Positions 1 through 10,282 are shown, numbered from the stretch's first letter. The stretch is DNA of 64,000 nucleotides from an uncultured Gemmatimonadaceae bacterium (GCA_963781585.1 CAWAGQ010000008.1:256001-320000), one strand, 5' to 3'. Made by a program: numbers and translations. The notes: a model not told the origin generated them from the sequence alone.

Positions 1-1029
1 CGTCGTCACTCCGATGAGCAGACTCGACGGCGCGAACGCCAGCAGTACCCAGCGCAGTCGCCAGTGCCGATTCGGGACGATCGTGGGTCGGCCCACAGGC
101 TTCATCGCGGCGTCCGGCACAAACGCGTCGGGCTGGCTGGCGTCGGGCATCGTCGTGTCTGCGGCTGCCTCGCCGCCATCGCTTGCCGCGCCGACATCGG
201 CGGCACCGGCAATCCCTGCGCTTGCCCCCGCTTGCGGCCGTACCGTCCCCGCATCAGCACTCGCGGTACGCGGCTTCACTACTGCCGCATCCGCCGGGAC
301 CGAAACCACTGGTGCCGTTGCACGCGGCCCGCGCAGCAGGTACGTCACCACGGCGCAGAGCGCGATCAGCGCGATGAGAAAATAGTAGATCTCCAGCCAC
401 GACACGGTCTGCTCGGAAACACGCAGCCTCGGCTCGATCAGGAAGGGATACGCCAGCAGCGCGGCGAAACTTCCGAGATTGCTCGCCGCATACAGGAAGT
501 ATGGATTGTCCGCTGCCCGATGGCGCGTGGACGCAAACCAGCGCTGCAACATCGGCGCTCCCGCCGCCAGCAGAACGAACGGAAGTCCCAACGACACCGT
601 CAGAAGCCCCAGCAGCCAGGGAATCGGCAGCACCGTGCCGTTCGGGTGCGACCAGGTCAGTGGCACGTGGATCGGCAGAAGCGCCAGGGAACCCAGCAGC
701 AGCAGCAGGTGCACGCCGGCCTGCACCTTCGGCGACCAGATACGCGACGTTAGGTGTGCGTAGAGATACCCGGCCAGCAAGGCGGTCTGGAAGAACAACA
801 GGCAGGTGTTCCAGATCGCCGGAGACCCGCCCAGCAGCGGGAGTACCATCTTCGTGAACATCGGCTGCACGGCGAACAGGAGCGCCGCATTGAGGAAGAT
901 GGCCGAGGCAAACGTGACCAGCAGCAGCGCCGCTCTCGTTCCCGACAGGGAGCCCACGTCCTCCCCGGTGGTGGGACCAGTGACAGTCTGCAGGGCCGCT
1001 TCGGCCACCACCGGCGTTACCTCCGACAT
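1..1029 (-). CDS. Fused MFS/spermidine-synthase-like integral membrane protein (5' part; runs off window start)
   Basis: Manual translation from ATG 1029: MSEVTP...FASAIFLNAALLFAVQPMFTKMVLPLLGGSPAIWNTCLLFFQTALLAGYLYAH...NPYFLYAASNLGSFAALLAYPFLIEP, the typical N-terminus of this family. Absent from the ORF track because no stop lies inside the window. Confidence 0.85.
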   Translation of the reverse strand, partial: MSEVTPVVAEAALQTVTGPTTGEDVGSLSGTRAALLLVTFASAIFLNAALLFAVQPMFTKMVLPLLGGSPAIWNTCLLFFQTALLAGYLYAHLTSRIWSPKVQAGVHLLLLLGSLALLPIHVPLTWSHPNGTVLPIPWLLGLLTVSLGLPFVLLAAGAPMLQRWFASTRHRAADNPYFLYAASNLGSFAALLAYPFLIEPRLRVSEQTVSWLEIYYFLIALIALCAVVTYLLRGPRATAPVVSVPADAAVVKPRTASADAGTVRPQAGASAGIAGAADVGAASDGGEAAADTTMPDASQPDAFVPDAAMKPVGRPTIVPNRHWRLRWVLLAFAPSSLLIGVTT

Positions 1030-1075
1030 GCCCGCGAATGTGATGCCCGGCCCGCGCCACGTCCATCAGCGGATC

Positions 1076-1206
1076 TAGACGCGCGCCTACCATCGCGCGT
1101 AGACGCGCCCACCATCGCGCGTAGACGCGCCCACCATCGCGCGTAGACGCGCCCACCATCGCGCGTAGACGCGCCCACCATCGCGCGTAGACGCGCCCAC
1201 CATCGC
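1076..1206. repeat. 22-bp tandem repeat (TAGACGCGCCCACCATCGCGCG), about 6 copies, first copy variant
   Basis: AGACG recurs at 1101, 1123, 1145, 1167 and 1189 (period 22); no unique spacers. Confidence 0.95.
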
Positions 1207-1510
1207 AACAGCGACATCGCGCCTGTTCCATGGTTGGACGACCGTCACTGCCAGCCGTGTTTCCGCCGACCACCTTCGCCGGTTCGCGTCATGCGGCCAG
1301 ATTGCGCTGGCCAGTTGCCGGACAGCCGCGAGTCATCCCACAGCCACCGCGCCTTGTCCCGCCCGACTGGCCACTGCGAACCCTCGCCTTCCTTCTTCGC
1401 TCGCATGGATCCACCCCTCGGCTGGCTGGTGGTCGGCTTCCGCTGCACCGTATACAGTCCTAGTCTCCTTTCCACTGAGATCCGTCGCCGTCTTCAATCC
1501 TCTTCCTCCG

Positions 1511-3145
1511 ATGACTTCTCGCCGGGACTTTCTTCAGCAGAGTGGGGTCGCCGTCGGCGCCATTGCCCTTGGCGGGGCTCTTCGCGCCGCTGATGCCGCA
1601 GTTCCTGCTCCACCCGCCACCCCGCCTGGCCCCGATGCACCGGCAATGGACGCCGCGGTCAAGGAGCTTCTCATGGAGGCGCTCAACGCCGCCAGGCTGG
1701 CCGGAGCGACCTACGCGGATGCCCGAATCGCCCGTTACCTCCAGCAGTTCATCCAGACCCGCGAACAGCAGATCCAGACGGTTGCTGACACGGATTCCAT
1801 CGGGTGCGGCGTCCGCGTGCTGATCGCGGGAACCTGGGGGTTCTCCGCCACCCGCGAGCTCACGAAGACGGGAGTCGCCGGCGCCGCACGCGAAGCGGCC
1901 GCCATCGCCCGCGCCGACCGCGTGGCGCGCGATCACGAGGTCGAACTGGCTCCCACCCCGCCGGTAACCGACGCTACCTGGAAGAGTGCGTTCGAGATCG
2001 ATCCATGGACCATCCCGCTCGAACAGAAAGTCGACGTGCTGCTCAGGGCCAACGCCGAAGGAATGAAGGCGAAGAACGTGAAGTACGTGTTCAGCGGCAT
2101 GTTCTTCCGCAAGACGCAGCGCGACTACGCCGACACGAACGGCTCGGTGATTTCCCAGACCATCGTGCAGAGTTGGGCGCCCCTCCAGTTCACCGCGGTG
2201 GCACCGGACTTTTCCGACTTCCAGAACCGCGGCAACATGACCGCGCCCATGGGGCGCGGCTATGAGTACGTCACCGCGCTGGACTTGGTTGGCAACGCCG
2301 GCAAATGGGGCGACGAAGCGAGCCAGAAGCTCTCCGCCAAGCCGGTCGAGGTCGGACGATATGACCTGGTGCTCCATCCCTCACACCTCTGGTTGACGGT
2401 GCACGAATCCATCGCGCATCCGACCGAACTGGACCGCGCGTTAGGCTACGAGGCGAATTACGCCGGCACCAGCTTCGTCGCGCCCCCCGAGAAGTTCCTC
2501 GGCACATTCCGGTACGGTCCGGAGTTCATGAACATCCGCGGCGATCGGTCACAGCCTGGCACCCTCGGTCAGATCGGCTTCGACGACGAGGGAGTAGCGC
2601 CGGATGATTTTCTTATCATCCGCAACGGAATCGTCAACGACTATCAGACCACCCGCGAGCAGGCGATGTGGCTGAAGTGGTGGTACGATGCGCAGAAACG
2701 GCCGGTGCGCTCGCATGGCTGCTCGTACGCCGACAACTGGTCCAGCGTGCAGTTCCAGCGCATGCCGAATGTCTCGCTCCTGCCCGGCGAGAAGGACCTG
2801 TCGTTCGACGACCTCGTTGCGGCCACCGACCGCGGCATCGCCATCATTGGCGACGGGTCGTTCTCCATCGACCAGCAGCGCTACAATGCGCAGTTCGGCG
2901 GACAGCTCTTCTACGAGATTCGTGGCGGCAAGATCACCGGCATGCTCAAGGACGTCGCGTATCAGATGCGCACCCCGGATTTCTGGAATTCCATGGACAT
3001 GCTGGGCGGCGAATCGAGCTATCAGATCGGTGGATCGTTCTTCGACGGCAAGGGACAGCCGGGGCAGATCAATGCCGTCAGTCACGGCGCCGTCCCCGCC
3101 CGATTCCGGAGCCAGAACGTGATCAACACCGGGAGGAAGACATGA
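1511..3145 (+). CDS. tldD: TldD/PmbA family metalloprotease (TldD-type) with Tat signal peptide
   Basis: HESIAHPTELDR (HExxxH), RMPNVSL, FDDEG; N-terminal SRRDFL followed by a hydrophobic stretch and an ADA cleavage site. Confidence 0.9.
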   Translation: MTSRRDFLQQSGVAVGAIALGGALRAADAAVPAPPATPPGPDAPAMDAAVKELLMEALNAARLAGATYADARIARYLQQFIQTREQQIQTVADTDSIGCGVRVLIAGTWGFSATRELTKTGVAGAAREAAAIARADRVARDHEVELAPTPPVTDATWKSAFEIDPWTIPLEQKVDVLLRANAEGMKAKNVKYVFSGMFFRKTQRDYADTNGSVISQTIVQSWAPLQFTAVAPDFSDFQNRGNMTAPMGRGYEYVTALDLVGNAGKWGDEASQKLSAKPVEVGRYDLVLHPSHLWLTVHESIAHPTELDRALGYEANYAGTSFVAPPEKFLGTFRYGPEFMNIRGDRSQPGTLGQIGFDDEGVAPDDFLIIRNGIVNDYQTTREQAMWLKWWYDAQKRPVRSHGCSYADNWSSVQFQRMPNVSLLPGEKDLSFDDLVAATDRGIAIIGDGSFSIDQQRYNAQFGGQLFYEIRGGKITGMLKDVAYQMRTPDFWNSMDMLGGESSYQIGGSFFDGKGQPGQINAVSHGAVPARFRSQNVINTGRKT

Positions 3146-4557
3146 GTCCGTCTCGAGACACGCTCGGGTCCGGAGCGCCGCGTCGACTCATCGAACGCCC
3201 CGTGATCGACGTCCCGGCCGGCGCTGTGCTCTCGCGCGATGAGGCCCAGGCGCTCATCCAACGCGTCATTCGCATGTCGCACGCCGAGACGGTCAAGGTG
3301 ATCATCGGCGGCGGGTACAGCACCAATATCCGCTTCGCCGACAATCAGATTTCCACCGCTGGCAGCAACACCGACTTCAATATCCAGGTCGAGAGCGCCT
3401 TCGGCCCCAGGCATGCGATCGTGGTCACCAACGACACCAGCGATCAGGCGCTGAGCCGTGCGGTCGAACAGTCCGAGCGCCTCGCCCGCCTGTCGCCGGA
3501 CGACCCCGAGGCAATGCCACCACTGGCCTCCCAGACCTATCAACCGGTCGGAGCATACTTCGATTCGGCAGCCGACATGACGCCGGATGACCGGGCTGGA
3601 GTCGCGCTCACGGCGCTCGACCCGGCTCGCAAGGCCGGTGACCTCAAAGCCGCCGGCTTCCTCGTTCTCAATGCCGGGTGTACTGCGCTCGGCAACAATC
3701 ACGGCTTGTTCGCCTATCACCGATCCACCAACGCGAACTACACGCTCACCGTTCGCACCACCGACGGTACCGGCTCGGGTTGGGCCGGCGCCGAGCATAA
3801 CGACGCGGGCAAGGTCGCGTTCGGCGCCGTAAGCCGGCAGGCCATCGAGAAGGCCAGACTCTCCCGGCAGCCGGTCGCGATCGAGCCCGGACACTACACG
3901 GTGATCTTTGAACCGCAGGCTGTCGGCGACCTCTGCCAGCTCATCGGCTTCTACATGGATGCCCGCTCCACCGACGAGGGCCGGAGTCCGTTCGTCAGGC
4001 AGGGCGGCGGCACCAGGATCGGCGAGAAGATCATCGACCAGCGGGTCAGCATTTACGCCGACCCGTTCGACCCCATGGTGCTGGCCCAGCCGTTTGACTC
4101 CGACGGATTGCCGTTAGGCAGGCAGGATTTCATCCGCAATGGCGTGCTTCAGACGCTGTACTACTCCCGCTTCTGGGCGAAGAAGAAGGGCGTCGAACCC
4201 ACCGGAGCGCCCACCTCGTTCGTCATGAGTGGCGGCGATACGACCCTCGCGGAGATGATCGCCAGTACCCCGCGCGGCATTCTGGTCACCCGCCTCTGGT
4301 ATCTCCGCGAGGTGGACCCCAGGACCATCCTCTACACCGGCCTCACGCGCGACGGCACCTTCCTCATCGAGGACGGAAAGATCACCAAGGCCATCAAGAA
4401 CTTCCGGTTCAACGACTCACCCCTGATCATGCTCAACAACCTCGACATGATCGGACAGCCGGTGCGCCTGGCCGGCACGGAGGCCGGCGGTGCCGTGGTC
4501 GTGCCGCCCATCAAGGTGCGCGACTTCAACTTCACCAGCCTGTCGGACGCGGTCTAG
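3142..4557 (+). CDS. TldD/PmbA family protein (TldE/PmbA-type partner)
   Basis: ATG at 3142 overlaps the tldD stop (ATGA); IRFADNQI, PFDSDGLP, TGLTRDGTFLIEDGKI, NFRFNDS motifs; no HExxxH. Confidence 0.88.
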   Translation: MSPSRDTLGSGAPRRLIERPVIDVPAGAVLSRDEAQALIQRVIRMSHAETVKVIIGGGYSTNIRFADNQISTAGSNTDFNIQVESAFGPRHAIVVTNDTSDQALSRAVEQSERLARLSPDDPEAMPPLASQTYQPVGAYFDSAADMTPDDRAGVALTALDPARKAGDLKAAGFLVLNAGCTALGNNHGLFAYHRSTNANYTLTVRTTDGTGSGWAGAEHNDAGKVAFGAVSRQAIEKARLSRQPVAIEPGHYTVIFEPQAVGDLCQLIGFYMDARSTDEGRSPFVRQGGGTRIGEKIIDQRVSIYADPFDPMVLAQPFDSDGLPLGRQDFIRNGVLQTLYYSRFWAKKKGVEPTGAPTSFVMSGGDTTLAEMIASTPRGILVTRLWYLREVDPRTILYTGLTRDGTFLIEDGKITKAIKNFRFNDSPLIMLNNLDMIGQPVRLAGTEAGGAVVVPPIKVRDFNFTSLSDAV

Positions 4558-4576
4558 ACGGCGAGACGGAACGCCC

Positions 4577-6151
4577 TCACCGGCGCTCCGTCTTCTCCCG
4601 CCGCAGCAGGGCGCGCCCGGCCATGACCCCGGTCACCCGGCCGTCCTCCACCGCCGGCTTGCCATTGACCCACACGTACCGCACCCCCACCGCCAGTCGC
4701 TCGGGCTCCCGATACGTGGCACGATCCGCGTACGTCAGGGTGTCCAGCACCACCACATCGGCAAAGTATCCCTCGCGGAGCAGCCCGCGCGCCGCCAGCC
4801 CCAGCTCCTCCGCCGCCAGACGGCTGCTGCGCCGAACCGCCTCCGCCAGCGACATCACTCCCTTGCCGAATACGTACTGGTGGAATTTCCGCGGAAACGT
4901 GCCGTACTTGCGCGGATGACCGTCCGATCCGTCCGACCCCGTCATCACGAAATCCTGCTTCATGAAATTCACGATGTCGGATTCCTGCATGTTGAAACTG
5001 GCAATGCCGGCACCGCCCGTCATGATGATGTCGATCGCCGCCTGGATCGGATCAACGCCTCGCGCTGTCGCAATCTCGGCCAGTGTCTTGCCCACCAGAT
5101 CCGCCCGCGACTGGTCCGTGATCAGAATCGCTGCCGCGCCACCGCGACGGCGCAGATTCTCGCGCATATCCCCTTCCAGCCGGGAACGCGTCGCGCCGTC
5201 GGCCACCCGGCGCCGCAACGAGTCGCGCCCCCCGGCTTCGGCCCACCGTGGAAGCAGCGACGCGCTCACACTCGACCCGCTCGCCGTATACGGATACTGA
5301 TCGGCCGTCACCCGCTCTCCCGACGCCCGGGCCGCACGTATCATCGCAATGATCGAGTCGCTCATCCCCCACACATCCGTGCCGAGCGCCTTAATGTGCG
5401 AGATGTGCACCGCCACGTGCGCCTCACGCCCGATTCGCAGCGCCTCCGCTACCGCCCCCGACAACCCGATCGTGTACGAACTCTCGTCGCGGAGGTGCGA
5501 GTCGTAGACTCCGTCCGGGGTGATCTCACGCGTCAGCGCGATCACCTCCTCCGTCGTCGCATAACTCTGCGGAGCGTAGTACAACCCCGTGCTCATCCCC
5601 AACGCGCCATCGGCCATCGCCCGCCGCACCAGTCCGCGCATCGAATCGAGCTGTGCCCGTGTCGGCGTGGCCGATGACAGGCCGAGCAGCCGTTGACGCA
5701 CGCTGCCGAATCCGATGTACAGCGCGGCGTTCGTACCGATCCCTTGCCGCTCCCAGTTCGCCAGTGTACCGCCGACGTCTACCGGCCCGCCCCCATCGTT
5801 GCCGGTGATCGTGGTCGTCACACCCTGCAGCAGATACGGCGCGTTGACGCGCCGGCTCGAATCACGGCTCCCCAGGTCCCCCATCACGTGCGCGTGCGGA
5901 TCGATGAATCCCGGAACCACCACTAGCCCCTCGGCATTCACGGTCCGCACCGCCGTGATCCCTGCGCGCGCCGCGTCGCCGATGAATGCGATCCGATCAC
6001 CCCGGATGCCGACATCGGCGATCCGCGGCGCACTGCCGCTGCCGTCCACCACCAAGCCACCCCGCACAAGGATGTCCAACCGCCCACTGCCTTGCGCAGC
6101 CAATCGGAGGGTCACGCTCCACACAGCGAGCGCCGCGACCCCGAGTCGCAT
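4577..6151 (-). CDS. N-acyl-D-amino-acid deacylase family amidohydrolase, secreted
   Basis: PGFIDPHAH, GMSTGLYY, SHLRDE, HISHIK, ADQYPY, HPRKYGTFPR; signal-peptide-like N-terminus; start uncertain. Confidence 0.85.
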   Translation of the reverse strand: MRLGVAALAVWSVTLRLAAQGSGRLDILVRGGLVVDGSGSAPRIADVGIRGDRIAFIGDAARAGITAVRTVNAEGLVVVPGFIDPHAHVMGDLGSRDSSRRVNAPYLLQGVTTTITGNDGGGPVDVGGTLANWERQGIGTNAALYIGFGSVRQRLLGLSSATPTRAQLDSMRGLVRRAMADGALGMSTGLYYAPQSYATTEEVIALTREITPDGVYDSHLRDESSYTIGLSGAVAEALRIGREAHVAVHISHIKALGTDVWGMSDSIIAMIRAARASGERVTADQYPYTASGSSVSASLLPRWAEAGGRDSLRRRVADGATRSRLEGDMRENLRRRGGAAAILITDQSRADLVGKTLAEIATARGVDPIQAAIDIIMTGGAGIASFNMQESDIVNFMKQDFVMTGSDGSDGHPRKYGTFPRKFHQYVFGKGVMSLAEAVRRSSRLAAEELGLAARGLLREGYFADVVVLDTLTYADRATYREPERLAVGVRYVWVNGKPAVEDGRVTGVMAGRALLRREKTERR

Positions 6152-6331
6152 CCACCGGCATGGGCCGGCAGTCCGACTGAAAGAGAAACGAGCCTTCACC
6201 GACATGCCGGCCAAACTATGGCTTGGCATCGGGGAGAGTCAGGGGCTCCGGCCAGGATTCCCAACCGGCCACGGTTGCCCCGTCGCGCACCTCAGCGCAT
6301 CGTAGCCCACTCCCTCGACGAGACCAGCTTG

Positions 6332-7801
6332 ATGCCATCGATCCGATCCGCCCAATCACCGACCTCGCTGTCGACACGCCTGGCGCGGTCGATGCGGTCG
6401 CGGGGCGTCCGCTCCCCAGTCCACGAGCTCCGCCCGGTACCCGCACAGCACCGGCAGCGCCGCCGGTGCCTGTCCGCGCTGCTCCTGGCTGCGCTTCTCG
6501 TCGCGCTTCCATCCAACCTCCATGCACAGCGGCTCCGGGATCGTCTCTCGCAGCTGTTCATCTTCGGTCCGGGAGAGGAACCCCTGTTCCTGGCCGGAAC
6601 CGCCACGGCTTCCAACCCGGACATCATCCGCATCCACGGCAATCACTTCGTCCCGTCCGCCGTGGCGGAGAACGGATCCGTCATCGGGTTCGTGACCGGC
6701 GCCCTGGCGTCGCGTGTGGCAAGTGTTCCCATCGGCGCGACCACGAGCGGCGAGACCTTCCGTTTCGAAGGCGGCGTCCCGGTCAGCACGTCCACCTCTG
6801 CCGGTCCGGTATTCGCCGAACGGGCCCAGACACTGGGACGCGGCCGCGTGCTCGCTGGCTTGAACCAGACGAATCTCACGTTCACGTCGTTGCGAGGGGT
6901 CCCACTCAGCGGCCTGCACCTCACGTTCACACATGAGAACGTGAATTTCGACGGGTGCAGCGAACAGCAAGGAGATGACTGCGCCAAGATGGGTGTGCCG
7001 GTGCTCGAAAACGATCTCATGCAGTTCGATCTCGGCCTGGACATTCACGTCGCTGTCACCTCGTTCTACGCCACCTACGGAATCAGCGACAAGGTCGATT
7101 TCGGCATCGTGCTCCCTCTCATGCGCACCACCATCACCGGTCGCAGTGACGCCCGGATTCAGCCCTTTGGAGGCACGACCGCCACGCACTTCTTCGCCGG
7201 CACGCCCGAGAATCCGGTGCTTGAAGCCAGTCGCACCATCTCGGGTTCGGCATTCGGCATCGGCGACGTCGCCGCCCGTCTCAAAATCAATGCTCGCCAG
7301 ACTCCGAACAGCGGTGTTGCCTTGCTCTTCGAAGCCCGCTTCCCAACTGGCGACGACGCGGATCTGCTCGGCTCCGGTCACTTCGGCGGCCGTGCCCTCG
7401 CCATTCTGTCGTCCACCATCGGGGCGTTCTCCCCGCATTTCAATGCGGGATACCTCTACACCGCCGACCGCACACGAAACGACTTCGTGGTTGCCACCGC
7501 GGGGTTCGATCAGCTCCTCGCCAAGGGGGTGACCATGGCCGCCGACGTTGCCGGAGAGTTCCAGGTCGGCGCGAGCAAACTGATCCTGCCACGCCCGGTC
7601 GTGTACGACTCGCCGTTCCATCGCACCGTGAACCCGACATCGATCCCTGACATCCGCGATGATGTCATCAATGGCAGCTTCGGCCTGAAGTACTCGACGC
7701 CGAGTCGCGTCACACTGGTCGCCAACACCATATTCCCGCTCAACGACGGCGGTCTGCGTGCGCGCCTCACCTACACGTTAGGTATCGAATACTCCTACTG
7801 A
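6332..7801 (+). CDS. Putative outer-membrane beta-barrel protein (hypothetical)
   Basis: Hydrophobic signal segment ending LHA-QR, amphipathic beta-strand patterns, GIGDVAARLK, C-terminal LGIEYSY; start uncertain. Confidence 0.6.
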   Translation: MPSIRSAQSPTSLSTRLARSMRSRGVRSPVHELRPVPAQHRQRRRCLSALLLAALLVALPSNLHAQRLRDRLSQLFIFGPGEEPLFLAGTATASNPDIIRIHGNHFVPSAVAENGSVIGFVTGALASRVASVPIGATTSGETFRFEGGVPVSTSTSAGPVFAERAQTLGRGRVLAGLNQTNLTFTSLRGVPLSGLHLTFTHENVNFDGCSEQQGDDCAKMGVPVLENDLMQFDLGLDIHVAVTSFYATYGISDKVDFGIVLPLMRTTITGRSDARIQPFGGTTATHFFAGTPENPVLEASRTISGSAFGIGDVAARLKINARQTPNSGVALLFEARFPTGDDADLLGSGHFGGRALAILSSTIGAFSPHFNAGYLYTADRTRNDFVVATAGFDQLLAKGVTMAADVAGEFQVGASKLILPRPVVYDSPFHRTVNPTSIPDIRDDVINGSFGLKYSTPSRVTLVANTIFPLNDGGLRARLTYTLGIEYSY

Positions 7802-7818
7802 CCCGCCGCAGCGTTTCC

Positions 7819-9696
7819 CTAGCGCACCGACACGATGATCCAGCGGTTCGCGTCCCGACGAAAGGTGGCGCGAAACGCCACGCGTTGCTGCTGTTCCTTC
7901 CCTGCGGCGTCGGTGTAGTCGTACGTGCCGCTCACCTCGGCCGTTGCTGAGGCGGCGTTGATCGTAGGGGTACCTGCCGCCAGTCTGGCGCGCAGCGACT
8001 TCACCGTCGCAAAGAACCGCTGGAATCCGTTCTGTTGCTCTGCGCTGATTGCGGGATACACTGCCTTGATTGCCGCAAGGTCGCGCGCTTCTATCGCCCG
8101 CGCATACTCGGCCACCAGAGCCGCAATCTCCACTGCCGCCGGCGGCGCCTCGGGTACGGTACGGCTCGGAGGCGGCGCCGCCACCTTGGGTGGTGACACA
8201 ACCGGGGGCGGCGCCACCCGCGAAAGTGCGCTGTCTGAAGTCGCCCGCGTACTGTCCGACTTTGCCGGTACCGCAGATGCGGACGCTGCACTCCCCATGG
8301 TTCTCTCCGCATCCGACCACGTGCTCCAGGCCTTGTTCATCCCCGCCACCGCATCCGCATAACGCTTCTGGGCAGCGAGCCGGTCCGCCACGACAAGCTG
8401 TGCATCCCCTTCCGCCAGCCTTGCCGCCGCAACCCCGCTGGCCGCTGCGCTGGCTCGCGCCCTCATGGCCGAGGCACGGACCTCCGTCACCACTGCCACC
8501 ATCTCCCCATCGGTCCGCGTGGGTGCCACAACTCCTTCCGCGCGGGACGACTTCGGGGCCGGTGTCGAGCTCGGCGGTGGCACAGACACCTTCGACACCG
8601 AGTCCCCGGAGCCGGCTGGTGGGCTTGGGGTCATCACCAGAGCTGCCGTATCGCTTCTCACCGACCCGAGGGCCTCCGCTGCCGGCCGCGAACGCCAGGT
8701 GTAGATCCAGGTCGCCCCCACCAGCCCCAGCGCTCCGACCACGCTGGCCACGATTGCGCGCGCCGGAGTCCACCGCCGGGATTCAAGATCGGCCCGTGAT
8801 CTCGTGCGGCGCTCGCCCGTACGCGCGGCGATCGTCGCTCCCAACGACAACGTCGACGTGGGCGCACCCGGACTCAGCGCAGCACGAATCGCCGTCAACT
8901 CGTTGGCCATCTCCTGCGCCGATTGATATCGCTCGCCAGACTCCTTGGCGAGTGCCTTACGCAGCACCGGATCAAGGGCCTTGGGAAGTTCCGGCGCGAC
9001 CATCGCCAGCGGCGGGGGGTCCTCCGAAACCACCTTGAACAACACGTTGTGCAGCGACTCGGCGCCAAACGCCTTGTGATGCGTGAGCAGCTCGTACAAT
9101 ACGGCAGCCGCGGCGAAGATGTCGGTTGCAGGGCCGACCTTTTGACCGGTCACTTGCTCGGGTGCCATGTAGTTCGGCGTCCCGACCATGACGCCGGTCG
9201 CCGTCATCTTGGTCGACTCCAGATGCGCGACGCCGAAGTCCATGATCTTCCCACGGCCATCCTCCGTCACGCGGATATTCGCGGGCTTGATATCGCGGTG
9301 TACGATGCCGCCACGATGCGCATACGTCAGGCCGACGAGCACGTCGATCATGATCCCGAGCTTGTCGTCCAGCGACATCGGAATCCGCTGCTCGATCATC
9401 TGCTCCAGATCGATGCCATCCACGTATTCCATCGCGATATAGAGGTGCCCGTCCACCTCCCCGAAGTCGTAGATCGTGACCACGTTCGGGTGCTGCAACG
9501 AGCCGGCTGCCTGTGCCTCGCGCATGAATCGGTCGCGCAGCGAGAGATCTCGCGCGATCGCATCGCTCATCACCTTGACAGCCACCGTGCGGTTGAGCAC
9601 CGGGTCGAGAGCACGATACACGTTGCCCATCGCACCCTCTCCCACCAACTCGAGGATCTGGTACTTGCCGACGAAAGTGGCCGGAGCGTTTGCCAT
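7819..9696 (-). CDS. Hanks-type Ser/Thr protein kinase with TM helix and C-terminal NTF2/SnoaL-like domain
   Basis: GEGAMG, VAVK, HRDIKPAN, DFG, GTPNYMAPE; TM segment AIVASVVGALGLVGATWIY; Pro-rich linker. Confidence 0.93.
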   Translation of the reverse strand: MANAPATFVGKYQILELVGEGAMGNVYRALDPVLNRTVAVKVMSDAIARDLSLRDRFMREAQAAGSLQHPNVVTIYDFGEVDGHLYIAMEYVDGIDLEQMIEQRIPMSLDDKLGIMIDVLVGLTYAHRGGIVHRDIKPANIRVTEDGRGKIMDFGVAHLESTKMTATGVMVGTPNYMAPEQVTGQKVGPATDIFAAAAVLYELLTHHKAFGAESLHNVLFKVVSEDPPPLAMVAPELPKALDPVLRKALAKESGERYQSAQEMANELTAIRAALSPGAPTSTLSLGATIAARTGERRTRSRADLESRRWTPARAIVASVVGALGLVGATWIYTWRSRPAAEALGSVRSDTAALVMTPSPPAGSGDSVSKVSVPPPSSTPAPKSSRAEGVVAPTRTDGEMVAVVTEVRASAMRARASAAASGVAAARLAEGDAQLVVADRLAAQKRYADAVAGMNKAWSTWSDAERTMGSAASASAVPAKSDSTRATSDSALSRVAPPPVVSPPKVAAPPPSRTVPEAPPAAVEIAALVAEYARAIEARDLAAIKAVYPAISAEQQNGFQRFFATVKSLRARLAAGTPTINAASATAEVSGTYDYTDAAGKEQQQRVAFRATFRRDANRWIIVSVR

Positions 9697-9913
9697 GGGG
9701 CGGGTGAGCGTCTGGTCCCGGACTCGATTCGGGACGTCTATAGTGGGCGCACCGCTCCCCGCTCGCAACTGTGTGCATCGAGGCGGGACACCGAAGCACG
9801 GGTGGCCCGCTCCCGTGACATCGCCCCGCGCGGAACCGACCCACTCCCTCCCGACCTGCACGGCGACCGCCGCCTGGGTGCCGTGTGCGGCGCCCCAGTG
9901 GTCGCACAATGCG

Positions 9914-10282
9914 TTAGGCGACGACGATTCTCAGTTGGATGTGATCACCGGGTTCGATCAGCACGTCCCGGCTGGTGATCGTAACCTGCGCTCCGAATCG
10001 TCGCACCATGAAACGCATCGAAGCCCGCGCCCGCGTCAGCGATCGAGGAAGCGTGAATGTCGTCTTCTGCATCGCGTGGACCACCCCGAGCTCCGTCGGT
10101 AGGCCCCCGTACACCACGTACACCACCATGTCATCGAGACGCTCATTCCGCACCTCGAGCACGGTCTTCGTGGAGTCGACCGGATCGGGAGTGGTCGTCT
10201 CCACGAGCACGGATTGCGCCCGCGCCGTCCCACCAACGGAAGCGACTGCCACGAGCGCCAGCATCACAACAAGGGGCCGCAT
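9914..10282 (-). CDS. Small secreted hypothetical protein (beta-rich)
   Basis: GGAGG RBS before ATG 10282; signal peptide MRPLVVMLALVAVASVGGTARA. Confidence 0.7.
   Translation of the reverse strand: MRPLVVMLALVAVASVGGTARAQSVLVETTTPDPVDSTKTVLEVRNERLDDMVVYVVYGGLPTELGVVHAMQKTTFTLPRSLTRARASMRFMVRRFGAQVTITSRDVLIEPGDHIQLRIVVA

Noticed and set aside
1076..1206. CRISPR array
   Set aside because: Repeats are contiguous with no unique spacers, and no cas genes are present.
254..1273. 339-aa ORF with repeated WWARLRAMVGA
   Set aside because: Translation of the tandem repeat in a frame shadowing the real membrane-protein gene.
2668..3141. N-terminal extension of the 629-aa ORF
   Set aside because: Overlaps tldD in another frame; the ATG at 3142 has an RBS and an ATGA coupling.
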